A stretch of 56,124 nucleotides of DNA from Octopus bimaculoides (lineage: Eukaryota), in the NCBI RefSeq assembly GCF_001194135.2, contig NC_068999.1, positions 26,332,254 through 26,388,377 on the forward strand, given 5' to 3'. Positions within the stretch are counted from its first letter, which is position 1, and the number at the start of each line of letters is the position of its first letter. The notes beneath the pieces were generated by a model. It did no database searches. It had not been told where the DNA came from and saw only the letters and a program-made list of their open reading frames with translations. The position numbers and the translations under genes are program-made. Positions 11,216 through 26,400 of this stretch are shown in pieces.

Positions 11216-14200
11216 TCATTTTCTGTTTCTTGTAATATTTATTATTAAACAATTTTTATTATTATTATTATTAATTTGTTTAAATTTCTAGCAATGAATG
11301 TAATAATTAATTCTCTTAAAATCAATGGCAACACATCAAAACGAAAATATTATAAATACGATTTAGGATTTTAGCCTCTAATTTTCATGAAATTATAACC
11401 GGAAAAAAAATTGATCGTGTCAAAAAAAACAATCATTTCCGTGTTTTATCGTCGATTTTAGGTTTGAAACAATGGTTAATATCAGACACAGACAGTTATT
11501 CAGACACAATCTGATGTAGTTTACATATGAAATTGGCACTAGATATATAAGCGTGTTTTTAAGTCATTAATTTATCAGTTTGATAACCAAAAATATATTA
11601 CTATTGTTCCCTTCGACCTTGTTACAACTCGAGTTCAGTACAATAAGATTGAAAGATTATTGATAAACCGATAATTTCTAAGAAGTTATTTCCTCAATAT
11701 CTGAATATTTTATTTGGATCAATCGATAATATTCCTATAAAGCATCCTAGATGTAATTAAAATTATAATAGAATATATATATATATATATAGCAAGTTTC
11801 AAGAAGCGCTCGCCTCGTACGGAAATGTTACGAAATTAAAAATAAACAACTAGCGACATAAAATTATTTCGCGCTTTCTTCTATTGATAGAGCATTGTAA
11901 AAAATTATATACTACCGGTAAATCTTAAACAAAAGTATAAATTTGTGATTATGAGTCAAGATAGCTTATGTACAATTATAAATGTTAGAACCCGCTTGCC
12001 GCGACGCCCGAGAATAGATTAGCTACTATATTAATGAAGGAACCTAATAACACCACTCATCATTTCTTTAGTTTTCACAGGGGACATCCAAGTTAGTATT
12101 CAATCACTAATTCCTTTTCCTTTATTATTACTGCCGATGATTATCCGAGAAACCTGAGTAGCTGCAACTCTCTCTGAGTTTATCCATTTTCATCCAATAT
12201 CTCTAACTCTTTACATAACGTTGTAGCTTTACATTTGCTCTCAGTTCTTCCATGAACTTGAGCAACATAGTTATTTGCTTCCTGTATGAAATATGGGAAA
12301 GCTTTCAGAATCACGCTTCAAAGCTTGGACATTTTATTCTAGTTCATGTCTAGCTGTTACTCAATCAGTAAGCTGTTATCATAACTGCGGATTTAATAAT
12401 GTTACAATACATCAAATATAACCCTCACAGGTAAACAGGTGACATATATAAAAAGACAGTCATCATAGTTACTTGTGTCAACCATTATTTATTATAAATA
12501 CAATGGGATCTCACATATGTATTAGTTACTTGAAAAATTTTCAACAACTGAAAATATATATGCAAGCCAGTCAAGACTCATACACAGATGTAATAGAAAT
12601 CCTTACAATGAAATGATTCAGAGGTCCAGTATATATGCATTGAGCATATACCTTGTATAAGGTAAAGAGGGTTCAACTTTGTTACAAATATAGGCAAAGT
12701 TACTGATCATGTAGTAAGACTAGCCGCAATCTGTTTACAGTGAGCAGAACTATGGCTCATGAAACACTTGTGCAACTTAAACACAGCAGGAAAGGTTTAA
12801 TTTTTGACAAATTCTCTTCATACAAAATTTATTTTATCCATCTTGCATAGATGAAAAACTATGTTAAACAGTTCATCAAGTATGATTTGAAACTCTATAA
12901 TTGATGTCAATATCTTGACTATTAAACTCAATGAAATATTCTTATCAATTAAGGTGTTTTTTTTTTTAAGCCAATTCCTCTAAATATGATTGCAACAGTT
13001 GGATATTGGTTTAGACTACTTGTTCACAATCTGTTATCATCCCACTTTTAATAGAAGAAAATTCCCTAACCCTAATATAACAATTCAGAAGGAAAACTTT
13101 GCTACTCTGAACTTATAATTATTTTATTGCTTCTATGTCAAACATATTTATTCACTCTACAGCTTTGGTCCATTATACTTTCTGCTTAACCAATTGACTG
13201 CATCTTTTAATTAGAGTGTTCCTTAATTTGACAACTATTAAGATATTTCAGCTAATCTTTATGGATATGAAAACAAAACATACCATTGCCAAGCAGCAGA
13301 ACTCACTATCTGATATGTAGTGCATGAGAAGTCCTATGTGATGTGAGATATCAGTTCATGTTTTATAAGCTTCAAGATAACCATGTAATCATGTGACCAG
13401 CTACATTTGTGAGATTATGAAACAAGGCCCCCAAAGTGTCAAGGATTTCCTTGGAGACTGCCATCATGAGCATAGCATATTACTTTTGTAGTTACACCAA
13501 AACCATCATCTGAATTGATAGCACTTTTATTGAGTGACCTGTTTCTTTGATGTATTGAGTTGATTATGTGCTGTTTTTCCTGGAAGTATATTGTTTTTCC
13601 CTATATGGTGTGTTTCCTTATATTTGGTTTTGTTCACAAATGCTTGGTGCACCCTCTAGTCCAATATTCTTTGTTCATAAACTTCCTGTTTTCCATGTAA
13701 GTCAACTAGTCTTTTAAATTCCAGTGCTTAATCACCAATCCGTATATCCTCATCACAATATGGTAAAATATTCAAATAACCTGTTCTATATAAAAATATT
13801 CAGTTCAAATTCTAAAAAATATATATTTATCCCCCCACACACACACACACACACAGTTAATACAAGCACATATACAAGGATAATACACACACATTTTTTT
13901 CTATTACAAAATGTGATAAAATTCTGACTCAAGAAATAATCTTTCAGTAACCTATGTCAGTAGTGCTCCTCTACAGCCCAAATTACCTACCAAGGTCTAA
14001 ATTTAACTTGGATTTTATACAATCAAGAACTCTTGATGATTTTTGTCTATTCACAAGTGACTAACACCATGTGAAGACTCAACCTCTGTCAATCAGTTCT
14101 TCCAAATAAATATTCTGCTTTTGGCAATTTTTATCCCTCATTTACCTTGAATCACTATCTCTACTTGAAAACTAAACTAAATATTACCTTGATATTCTTT

Positions 14201-14380
14201 CAAATGAAAGAACAATTTGCTTACAAATAACCAACACAAAATCATGGCATAGCATTTCTGAAATTTACAACAGATCCTGGACAATTTAAACCCAAAATTT
14301 ATTAATATTACAATTATATAAATAGCAACTGGAGCAGGAGTTGATAAAATATTCTTATTCATTCTCTTTTATTTTTTCAT

Positions 14381-14464
14381 TTAAACTTCAAGACCTTTAC
14401 TAATCAAAAAGGCCTCTTTTGATGGATCTCGACCAAGGAAATTGCGTAGCATTTGATCAGCATC
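14381..14464 (-). CDS. THOP1: THOP1-like exon 17, last coding exon ([27 protein letters not shown])
   Basis: cag acceptor, TAA stop at 14381-14383; AATAAA hexamers follow on the minus strand at 14368-14373 and 14298-14303. Confidence 0.94.
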   Translation of the reverse strand, partial: DADQMLRNFLGRDPSKEAFLISKGLEV

Positions 14465-17400
14465 CTGTAATATAAAAACAGAAGTAAGTTATAAGAAGGA
14501 ATATTGACAATTTAAATCTTAGATTTAATGAATTAGTTTCACAACCTAGTTTTAAACTAGTCATAAATAATTATTAAATTTACAATGAAACAATACACTG
14601 CATCCCTCTTTATTAGGCAAATCAACCTTCTCTCAATAAATAAATGTATATTCTTTCAAAAACCAGTTGTTTTTCGACTGACTGTTGGCAACACCTACCT
14701 GCACACATTCTGTTAAAATAAATCAAATCTGCGCAGACACCAATAAATGGCAGCCATTTTTGTGATTGGGCAACATCTTCACCATCACAAATTATTAGAC
14801 AAATAAAAATGTTAATTGTGTCAGAACAAACATTTATTTAATTCAATAGTAAAAGTTTAACAAAAAATTTTTTATAAAGGACTTAATGGTAAACATAATA
14901 ATATGTTCAAATGAAAATAATCGTGGGATTATGTCATACAGCTCCTAATGTTTGATGCATGATCCTCCAAATGTAATAACCTTCCTTATGTGCTGATCCA
15001 CTGAATTTGTCGGCATAACTACAGAGTTCTACCCCCCAGATTTTGGAAGTAATAAGCAGAAAAGAGAAGCCGTCATAAGAAAACTTACGTTAAAAATAAC
15101 ATGCACATGATTTTTTTTTCTCAATAGAAGTAAATTCCAAAGTAAATGTTTCTAGTAGAGAAGTAGAAGAGAACAGAAGCAACATATTACTTCATTACAA
15201 ATCTACGGATGCACATACGCACATAATAGAGAAAAATGAAACAATTATGGACGACTTGCTCCGAAACACCACCGAGTGGGGAACACTTCTCAAAAATAAC
15301 CTGCAGTTGTTTCCTTCAAAATTCCTACATGCTCGAAATGTACATACATCAAGGTATATTTGTAGAAAATTTCACAAAAAAATATTAATTTTCATGGAAG
15401 TTAAGAAGAATTTAAGTGGACTCTGTTGGAATTTCCAAAAATTGTCCCCCACCCACATTCCAAAACACTTTCACTGGAAATTTTTGTATATTCGGGATCT
15501 ACATAATAAATACAATATGCATAGAAAATTTCATTAAAAAATATTCATTTTTCTGAAAGTTATGACCTTCCAAAGTCTGGGGGGTAGAACTCTAGTTATA
15601 CCGAATTTGTCAAGGTGATGATATCCTCTTGTGTCATGCTTTGAGCAGTGTCTACAATAGCATCCTAGAGGGCAACTTTACTTGAAAACTTTCGTCCATC
15701 TTGGTAAACATGCCTCTTCAGGACACTCCACAGGTTCTCGATCTGGTTTACGTTAGGGAACAAGGTGGCCACTCCATCAAATGACCTCCAGAGAAGCTTA
15801 TTTGCTACAGGTATTCCTTAGAATTCTTTGCTGCATGAGATGGGGCATTATCTCGCATGAGGACCAACTTTCTCTTGAATGAAAGTTTTTACTTTTTGAA
15901 CCATGGTTGGAAATTGTCCTTTAAGAAGGTAACATGTTTTTGATATCACCTCAATGCCATATGCAACTTTCTCTGGCCCAACCATCATACACGAACAATG
16001 CCAACCCAAAACATGACCCCCCCCGTTGGCATCTCGAACGGTGAGGACGGTTCCTACTGATTGATACCCAACCTTTACTCCAACCATCTGGTCCGTCAAG
16101 GGTAGCACAGCATTCGTCATTGGACAGAACTGTTGAAAAATCTACCTTCATGTATTCTTCTGCCCATTTTAGTCTCTTCTGATTATGAACAGCCTTCAGG
16201 CGTGGCCTTGTAACAGATTTAACATTCTTGGCTACTTGCTTCAAGAGGCGACACCTGGTAGTTTTCCATACGTCTTCCCTGCCACGTTTGAAAACTTCTT
16301 TATTAGTCAGACATAGGTTCTGCACAATGTCCCGTTTCACATGTGACAAAGTACAATTCAAAGTAACTCGCAACTTACCCTTATCTGCCCTCAACCGAAC
16401 AGAAATAGGAGACTGCACAAATTTCTTCACTGTTCAGTGTTCTCTTCCTAGTATTTTTGATATTTCTATGGTTGTTTTCCATTTTCCAAGCTCTGACATG
16501 ATGGTAGACTTCTCATTCGAGATAAGATCATATTTCTGACCCATAATGACACTTAAATTGGGCATCTGCCTAAGAATTTGGGACAGCAGAAATGTTGCAG
16601 CTACACAATAATGTCTACCATTTGTTTTTATCTGTGCAGATCCGATTTATTGTAACAGAATGTGCACAAATAGGTATTGCCAACAATCAGTGGGAAAACA
16701 ACTGGTTTTGAGTGAATATGCATTCATTTATTGAAAGAAGGCTGATTTGCCTAATAATGTGGGACGCAGTGTACATTTCAAAATAATGTACTAACAAATG
16801 ACTGGATAATTTTATTTTGATGTACAATCCTAAGTATCAGAACTGCAAATGTCTCTTCATATATACATGCATTTACATCTCTTAAATAAACATTCTCAGG
16901 ACATTCAATAATAAAGAAATTAAAAGCAAAAACTCTAGATATATTCTGAAATCCTAGACAGGAACAAAATATTTAATCATCAGCATTTAACATCGCTTTT
17001 CATTGCCTGCATCAGTCAGACGGATTTGTTGAGGTAGATTTTCTAAAGCCAAATTGCCTTCCTGACACCAACTATCACCAGGTAGTAATTCCCCATGGCC
17101 ACACATGCTTTTCATAGAAGACTAAAAATCAATAAAATTACTTGTATAATGGTGATGTTCATTTACAACCATTGCACAATGTCAAGACATTTCCAAACAC
17201 ACATCTATTTTTTATCTTACACACACACCTATTTTTATCTTTTTTTATGACTGCAGCCATACTGGGGCACCACCATGAAGGGTTTAGTTGAAAATCAACC
17301 CTGGTACTTATTCTATCAGTCTCTTTTGCCAATCTGCTAGGTTATGAGGATGTAAACAAACCAATACCAGTTGTCAAGGCAACAAACACATACATACACA

Positions 17401-20400
17401 AAGTGATTCTGAAAAGAGACATGGAAGTGCTACTATGAAAGGTTATTAAACATAGAGAATGACTGGGAAAGTGAGTTTTCCTAACATGAACCCAAAAGAG
17501 GGACCAGCTATCCTACTTGACAACTGTATGATAAAGCAATTAAGGATAACCAGAGAAAGCCCCCTGGTCCATCAGGAATTACCACTACTGAAATACTTAA
17601 AATATCTGGCAGAGTAGGTTACTGCCTCATCACCCATATAATTAATCAGGTTATACAGGAAGGTGTCATACCCAGTGACTGGTGTAGCAGTATTTGTAGC
17701 TGCTACATGAATAAAAGAAATGCTTAAGAAGTAATTACGGAGATATCAAAATGCTGGGTCAGATCATGAAAGTTACAGAGAGAGTTATAGCCCAATAAAT
17801 TAGGAACAAAATTAGACTAGATGAGATGCATTTTGGTTTTGTAAGATGGCAGCAGAAGTATCTAGCTACAAGTAAACCATTGTCCTTGGCATTCATCAAC
17901 TTGGAAAAGCCTTCAACAGTGTCCTCCACACTATGATGTAGTGGTCTCTCAAGATGCTGACAATAGATAAATGGCTTGTGAAAGCTGCACAAGCCATGTA
18001 CAGGGGTGCAATCAGTGAGGTGAAAGTTGGCCATGAGTACATCATTGAATTTAAGGTACAGTTAGAAGTGCATTAGTGTTCACTCCCCTCCTATTCACCA
18101 TTGCCCCCCAGGCCATAACAGAGGAATTTAAGACCAGCTGCCCATGGAAACTATCATGATGATTTCATTCTCATTGCAGAATTTATAGTTGAATTAGAAA
18201 AAAAAAATTCCAGGTGTGAAAGCAAAACTTGGAATTAAAGGGCCTTAAAGTTAACTTAGCAAAGACCAAAATTCTAGTAAGGTTGGAAAGCAAACAGGAC
18301 TTCACTCCCCTCAATATGTAGGAAAGGTGGAGGTAGGAATTCCATATAATGTACCCAGTGCAAATTATGAACACATAAGAGGTATAGCAGAATCACAGGA
18401 AAGTTAATGGAGAGAAAGTAGTGTTTGTATGTGGAAGATACACTGGAACAATAAACACTGAGAACTCAAGAGAAACAGGTTTTTTTCAAATATCCTAGAG
18501 ATAGTATATAATTTCAATTTTCTTCGTACTAATTAGCAGTGTAGAAGGATGTTCTGAAAGTATAGTTGCTAGAATAAAAATAGGATGGAGAATATTCAAA
18601 GAACTAGTACTTCTGTCAGCTACAAAAGTCTCTCAGAGTGAAAGGCAGATTATATGATGCTTGTGTATGAACAGCAATGCTACATGGTAGTGAAACATAG
18701 GCTATGAATGCAGAGGACAAGTGAAGACTAGAGAAGAAGGAAGCTAGTATGCTCCAGTGGATGTGCAATGTCAGTGTGCATGTACAACAAAGTGTCAAGG
18801 AATTGAAAGAAAAATTAGGCATAGAGGAATCAGACATCCAGTACTTACAATTGACCCTCCAGGTGCGAGAATATATTTTCGGTAATCTCTTCCAACTGAA
18901 GCATTCATTATTCCTTCTCTAGAAAATCTTGATGCAAACATATCCACACTGAACACTTCGCTCCACTGTGAAAAGAAGTAAAACTCAAATCAAAAGAAAA
19001 CCTTTGTAATACAGTCACAAGAGTTCTCCAGTGGGACACCTTAGCTCCTTTCCTCTACATTATAGTCTTGGACTATGTACTGTGGCATGCTATGATATCT
19101 GAAGTCGGTATAACTCTCTGTCTCTGTCAAAGTTCACATCATCCAGCATCATACCTCACTGGCCTCGACTTCACAGATGACACTGCACTTGTCTCACATA
19201 CAATCACAAATGCTCAAACTTCCCTCACAAACCTGGTGTCAACTACCATTGAAATTGATCTCTCAATAAACTGCACAAAGACAAAGACCATAATCATTGG
19301 TGAAAATGCTGGTGTGGGTGACCTTACAGCAGACAGCAGAGCTTGATGTAGTCTTCTGACTTACTAGCTCCTGTCAAACTGTCTAAGCCTTGCTAGCATG
19401 GAAAATGGACATTGATGATAATGACATGTTATATACATTGCTAGAAGCAATGTATATACATTGCAAGAATTATACATTGCAAGAATTAAACTGCACAGGT
19501 GGGCAAGGAAGGAGAGGATTCCTACACAAAATTTCTGATAATTATTTTATCAACTTAAAATGCCAGCAGGAATATCTCTGGTTGCATGGCTTGCTACAAA
19601 TAGCCCCTAACACTCCCTCATGCCACCCCTTGCTGTCATGGAAAGTTAGACTGTATTGTAATCAAAGATTTACAAGCAAGACAGAAAGATCATGACTGCA
19701 ATACTTTTGATCAAGTGTCACTTCATCTCAGGCTGACCTGGATTAATCAACAATATAGGGTTCAAAGACCACTGATATAAATGTTTTTTTTTTAATATTT
19801 AACTGTGTAAAACATATGTAAAAGTTTAATGTCATGTTTAATATGAAAAGAAAACAGTGCTTAATTCTGGCTTCTATCTGTTTCATAAATGAAATCTTTT
19901 CCTACATAGGAAAGAAAACATTTGTCTACTACAACTAACTTTTCTTTTGTATCTATTATCCAAGTGAAGTGAGATAAGAAAAAATAAGTATAATCATCTA
20001 GAGATATTATGAAATGTGACATGTGCTAATAGTACAGAGCTTTATTTCACTTCAAAGAATAGTATTCACACCTGGATCAACTGTGAATTATACATTAAAA
20101 AAGATCTTTTTTTAAATGTACTGGTTTCACACTTACCAAATAACCATAGTACTGAGCATCATAGCCATTGACAATATGACTGAATGTTGCAGAAAAGTTT
20201 GTATTAGGAATACAGGGTATATTCAACAGTTCCAAGCTTAAGTCGTCAAAAACTTTCTTAGTATCCACCTGAAGAACAATTTATAAATTCAGTTTTAATC
20301 AACAATTAAATAAATATATCACTCTTTCTCCCTACCCCTCACTGGTCACATGTGTCCAGCTACTAATTCTTTTCATTCTTGGCCTCGCCAAGCACACATG

Positions 20401-23400
20401 AACATTCTTCTTCATCCTGTTTCTTTCCAGTTCGTGCTTCACAGCATTCAATATACACATACTTTTTCACGTCTGGTCATATAGCCTTTTTTGTTTGTTT
20501 ATTTCATTGTTTCATTTTCCTGTCTTGTTTTCCGTCTGCCACTATCCTCCATGGAACAAATTTAATTTGTGTCCGTGGGAGAGCCATTTTAACAATGCGT
20601 CCTGCCCTAAATCTTCGAAATGCCAGTGTTATAATGGTGGCAGATGATGAAGGAAATGTTCTCTATGCGGCCTGTGCGCTTTTTGCACCTTGTTTATCAT
20701 TTTGTACACAGATATGCATCTATATGAAGGTATGTACATACATGTACATATATATGCATATACTCATATATTATTTATATATATNNNNNNNNNNACAGAT
20801 ATGCATCTATATGAAGGTATGTACATACATGTACATATATATGCATATACTCATATATTATTTATATATATAGAGAGAGAGAGATAGATAGATAGATAGA
20901 TATAGATATAATCAACTAATTCACCACAATTATATTGAAATTTTGAACTTAAAACTTAAATGATGAACTTTCTCACAGCCTAAAGGCAAAGTCTTGTGAA
21001 AGTGGTCAAAGCTCAGCAGTGCAATGTTGAATTTCCTCTTAAAAAGGAAGCCAGTCTATCAATAACATTGCCAGAAGATTTTGTTGTGTTTGTGATAATT
21101 ACATAAGTGCAAAATAGTTCAAATCTTCCAGGTATCTGCCATAACTGTGGATCATGGTTCAATAATGTTACTCAAGTGGCACACCATAAATCTGATTCAA
21201 GATGGAAGCAGTGAGCTGCTTTATTCATGATGATGATCCTCATCAATGTTGTTTAATGTTCTTTTTGTCTTCTTTTTTTTCAGCAATGCTGGTATAGAGT
21301 AATAGTTTAGCAAACAGTAGCTTTCAAAGTTCTATTATGATTATTTTACAGCTCCTACATGGTGGTGATGTACTACACATTAAGCTGCTGTCAGGATAAG
21401 CATCACATGCAGTCAATTGTCTTCAATATAGATTCTATACAATGTTGGAAAATGGAACTACTATTTTGAAACATATCTGAAGTTTATTGACTAATAACTA
21501 TTGATTGAACTGATCACATAATCCCTTTGAATTTTTATCCAAACCTATCTACCAGCAGGTGCTCTTTAATAAAAAAAAACTTTGCCTCTTGCATTTACTC
21601 AATATTGTTTCAAGCTGAGGAGTTGGATGAGAAAATGTTTGAATTTTTGTCATTTAAATGTATTTTGTAATTAGCATACATTCAAGATTTCCTTTCTTCA
21701 CAACTGAACAATTGATGATGCATTGTTGACACTTTCATATGACATGAAGTTATGATTTACATTACTTTGAGACTGAGGGTCATTTTCAACCTACATTTTG
21801 TTCATACAACTAGTTCCATGTGTATGAACAAATCTTATTGTTAACTTCAACCTGTATTGAAATTTTAATAATTTCAGTATTGGTTGCAGCTAAAAGATAA
21901 TGATTTTACATGCAATATCCATGTTTTTATTTGTGATAAATAATTAAAAACTTAGCAGTATGTGGTGATACACTTTTAAGAACTCAAAAATTTTTTTTAG
22001 TGATATTGAACATGAAGTCTATGGGACAGTACAGTGTACTAAAAGATTAAGATATTTTTATTAGGGAAATCTTTCACACTAGAGACCAATCATCAGCTAT
22101 TGCAGTTAATTGTTTTGTAATTTTTCTTATGCAAAATCATCATCTACCTGTTCCAGACATGTTGCTAATAATCTCGTTTAGAAGAAATATTTCACAGCAA
22201 TTCTGCCATACACTTTTAAATAAACAGGGTTATATCTTTTCTATGCAACATCTTTATTTAGTTTCATTATCGTTTAATGTCTGCCTTCCATGCTGGCATG
22301 AGTGGTTTTTTAAAATATAAAATATCAATGATACATCTGAAGGAAAAGAATTCTATTATGCCAATGTTAGCTGATGTTACATATTTTTCCATAAATTTTG
22401 GTCTTCTATTTCCCTTGTTTACAATAATTACACAAGTATGCAATAGTAAGCAAATAAGTTCAAATCATCAGACATTTGCTATAATTGTGTACCATGGTTC
22501 ACCAACATTATCTGTGCAATATACCACAAAACAGCAAATCATTTTATTCATACTTTTCATGTGTATATATGCTAGGACAATACAATGGCTTCTTTCAGTT
22601 TCCATCTACCAAATCCACTCACAAGGCTTTGATCAGCCCAAGGCTATAGTAGAATACACTTGCCCAAGGTACCATGCAGTTGGACAGAACATGTGGTTGG
22701 GAAGAAAGATTCTTACCACACAGCCATACCTGCACCTATGTATATAAGTTCTTTTAGTCTTTTGTTTCAGTCAGTTGACTGTGGCCATGCTGGGGTACTG
22801 CCTTGAAGGCTATTAGTGAAACAAATTGACCCTAGGACTTATTTTTTAAAACCTGGTACTTACTCTATCAATCTCTTTTGCCAAACTGCTAAGTTACAGG
22901 GATGTAAACACATCAATACCAATTGTGAAGCAATGGGGGGGGGGGAACAAACAGACAAACACACACACAATATAATATAATAGCAAAGACCAAAGTTTTG
23001 ATAAGTAGGAAAACAGACAAATCACAGGTACCTTCAAGGAGATAGCCCTGCTTGATATGTATAAAAGGTGTCAGGAAAAACTTCATAAGGTGTACCCAGT
23101 GCAAGCTATGGACACAAGAGGTGCAGCAGAATCAATGGACAACTAATGGAAGGCAGATGTACAGGTACATTAAACACCAGGAATGTACAAAAAATAGACT
23201 CCCTCATATGCAAGGGGGAGATCCCAAGAAGTAGTACTTAGGTGACCAAGTTAGTGGGGGAGGTTGTTCCGAAAGCATAGCTGCTAGAATAAGAATAGGC
23301 TGAGCAAAGACCAGAGAGCTACTACCTCTGTTAGTAACAAAGAGCCTCTCCCTCAGAATGAAAGGCAGATTGTATGATGCCTGTGTATGGACACCTATGC

Positions 23401-26400
23401 TACATGACAGTGAGACATAGGCTGTGACTACTGAGGATATGTGAAGACTTCAAAGAAATGAAGCCAGTATGATTTGCGAGATGGGTAACGTTAGTGTGCA
23501 TATACAACAGAGTGTATTTTGAGAGAAAAACTGGATATATGTAGCATCAGATGTAGTGGGTAAGAGAAAAGACTGCACTGTTATGGCCATGTACTGCATA
23601 TGAATAAGGACAGTTGCATCAAAAGGTGCCAATCTCTAATCATAGAGGGAACATGTGGAAGAAGTAGACCCAGGAAGAGGTAGGACAAAGTGCTGAGAAA
23701 GGATCTACAAACATTGGGACTTACTGAGGGGATGACAGGGGACCGAGACTCCTGGCAGTTTGCTGTGCTTGAAAAAACATGCTAAGCTAAATAAAAGCCC
23801 AGTTGCCTTTGCATCCAGCCTCATCCCTTGCAACCCTTTCCAGCTGAGCATCCCTAATCTTGCAGGCTCGCAAGTGCTGATGCCACATAAAAAGCACCCA
23901 GTACACTTTGTAAAGTGGTTGGTGTTAGGAAGGGCATCCAGCCATAGAAATCATGCCAAAACAGACATGGAGCCTGAACAGCCCTTCAGCTGGTCAACTT
24001 CTGTCAAACCATCCAACTCATACCAGCATGGAAAATGGATGAAGATGATGATATATTTTATATATATATATATACATACATACAACGGGCTTCTTTTCAG
24101 TTTCCATCTACTAAATCCATTCACAAGAAGACACTTGCCCAAGGTGTCACACAGTGAGACTGAACCCAGAACCATGTGGTTTGGAAGCAAGCTTCTTACC
24201 ACACAACCACGCCTGCGCCTATTACAAAAGAGAGCAACTGTTTAGAACACTAAATATAACAGATGTGGTATCTAATCTCCAAAACAAAAGAGGATTGTGG
24301 CAGTTAAAATAAAATAGTGGAGACCTAGTGATGAATCAGCTACCACAATGCGAGTATGATAACTGAATGTGAAGCAAATAGATCTGTATCAGTAGGTGAC
24401 TAGCTATTCTTGATTACTAATTTTAAAAAATGGGAAATTTTACTTTACTCAAGGCAATAGTGATATACATGAAATGGTTACAAGCAAAAAAACTAAACTT
24501 ATAAATTTCCTCCACAATGCTCATCTGTTAAAACAATTAATAAATAGAGTAAAAAGGTGAAAATATTCTTTAGTAGTTTGTCAACTGTTTCAGAAAGTAT
24601 TTTCAAGTATTGTAGGTACTGACTTGAGGTTGCGTATGTATAAACTGGTCAAACTGCCCAATCAACATTTGTCTTAAGTTAAAGATACCAGCATTTGCTT
24701 TTCTTGACTTCTTCAAATTATGGATCATATCATCAGGTATTGGAGTTCCATCTTGGTAGTGTCTGGACATTAGTCGAAGAGGCTCTTCTTCCCATACCCA
24801 GTTTTCCAACATCTGAGAAGGAGCTTCAATGAAATCCCGTTCAGTATTAGTTCCACTGAAATGAAACAAAGCAATGTTTGTTAAATAAATCACAAAAACT
24901 CAACATAAATATAAGAATTGTATTTCAAAGAAACATCAGACAGACAATTTAAGATTATGAACCCATGAAAAGATTTCAGCTGTTATGCGATTGCAAGCCA
25001 CCTCTTACTCCATAATCAGAGAATAAATGCAAATTTCAAATCAAAATAGCTTCTTCAGTCACAAGAAAAAATCTAGAAATTTAGATTTTTGGGCCTTTAA
25101 ATTAGAAATTTAAAGATCCATTTTGATATTACCTAAAAGGATGTATATAAATTCTGAATGATTTCAAAATGAAGAGTTTTTTTTTTTTAATTAGATACCT
25201 TAGAAATGGAATACAATAATCATTATTGGTACAGATATGGTTATGTGGTTAAGAAGTTTACTTTGCAATCAGCTGGTTTCAGGTTCATTCCTACTGTCAG
25301 CAAGTGTCATTCCCACTAGAGCAAGTCCCATACTGCACACCAAATAATGCCTTATGAGAGAATTTGAAAGATAAAAATCTATACAGAAGCCTTTATTTGT
25401 TTGTGTGTGTGTGTGTGTGGATTTATATGTACATGTGTGTACACATGCATGCATGCTTATCTTTCTACCATTTAACAACCAGTGTTGGTTTATTTACATC
25501 CTCATAACTTAGTTCAACAAAAAGAAACCCTTGGAATAAGTACCAGATTTAAAATAAGTTATGGGTTGAATTTGACTGAAACAAGGAATAGAATAAAAGA
25601 ATTATAATTTTCATAGAAACTAAACTTTCCGTATAAACTGTAGAATTTTAGGCTCACCTAAAATGTATATATTTTGTTTCTGTGCAAATCTGGTGCATCA
25701 CATGACCAAACTCATGAAAATATGTTTGGACCTGTGAAAAAAAAATTAAAAACTTATTTACAATTAATTAACAATGAAAAATTGTGAAAAATGATATTCT
25801 CCCCAAACATGAAAACTAAAAATAACAAAACAAAAAAAATTAAATTCAATGTGCCCCAGCATGGCCACAGCTCATGAGCTGAAACTAGATAAAATGAAAA
25901 TAAAATGAAAAATGAAACTAAATGTGATACAGTTATATTTTATTTTATAAAAAGAAGTTATATGCCTAAGGATATATTTGAGCAGGAGAATGTAAACAAC
26001 AGAAAACTAATCTGTCAACCCAAGCAAGATGTAATACATGAGAAATGGGTACAAGTTTAAACTTTACTTCAGCCATTGTATTGTTGTACTCAAGACCCAT
26101 CCTCCACAGCAGAAGTGTTAAGGCCACATCCCCTGGTGAAGAGGATTGGCCTGCAAGAGACCTGTGCCAGTACTACATAAAAAGCACCAAACACACACTG
26201 TAAAGTGGTTGGCATTAAGAGCATCCAGCCATAGAAACCAAGCCAAATCAGATAGAAACCTGGTGCAGCTCTCTGGCTGGCCAGTTCCAGTCAAACCCAT
26301 GCCAGCATGGAAAACAGACTTTGAAGGATGATGATGAACATCTACTTTATAGATGAATGGTTAGTTACAATGTTAGTTTCCTAGTGAGGTACTAATTGCT

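Noticed and set aside
20708-20870. Exact ~77-bp direct repeat and the ORFs covering it
   Set aside because: The copies sit on either side of a 10-N gap, so this is most likely an unmerged contig overlap. The same pattern occurs at 6115-6208 and around 1100-1170.
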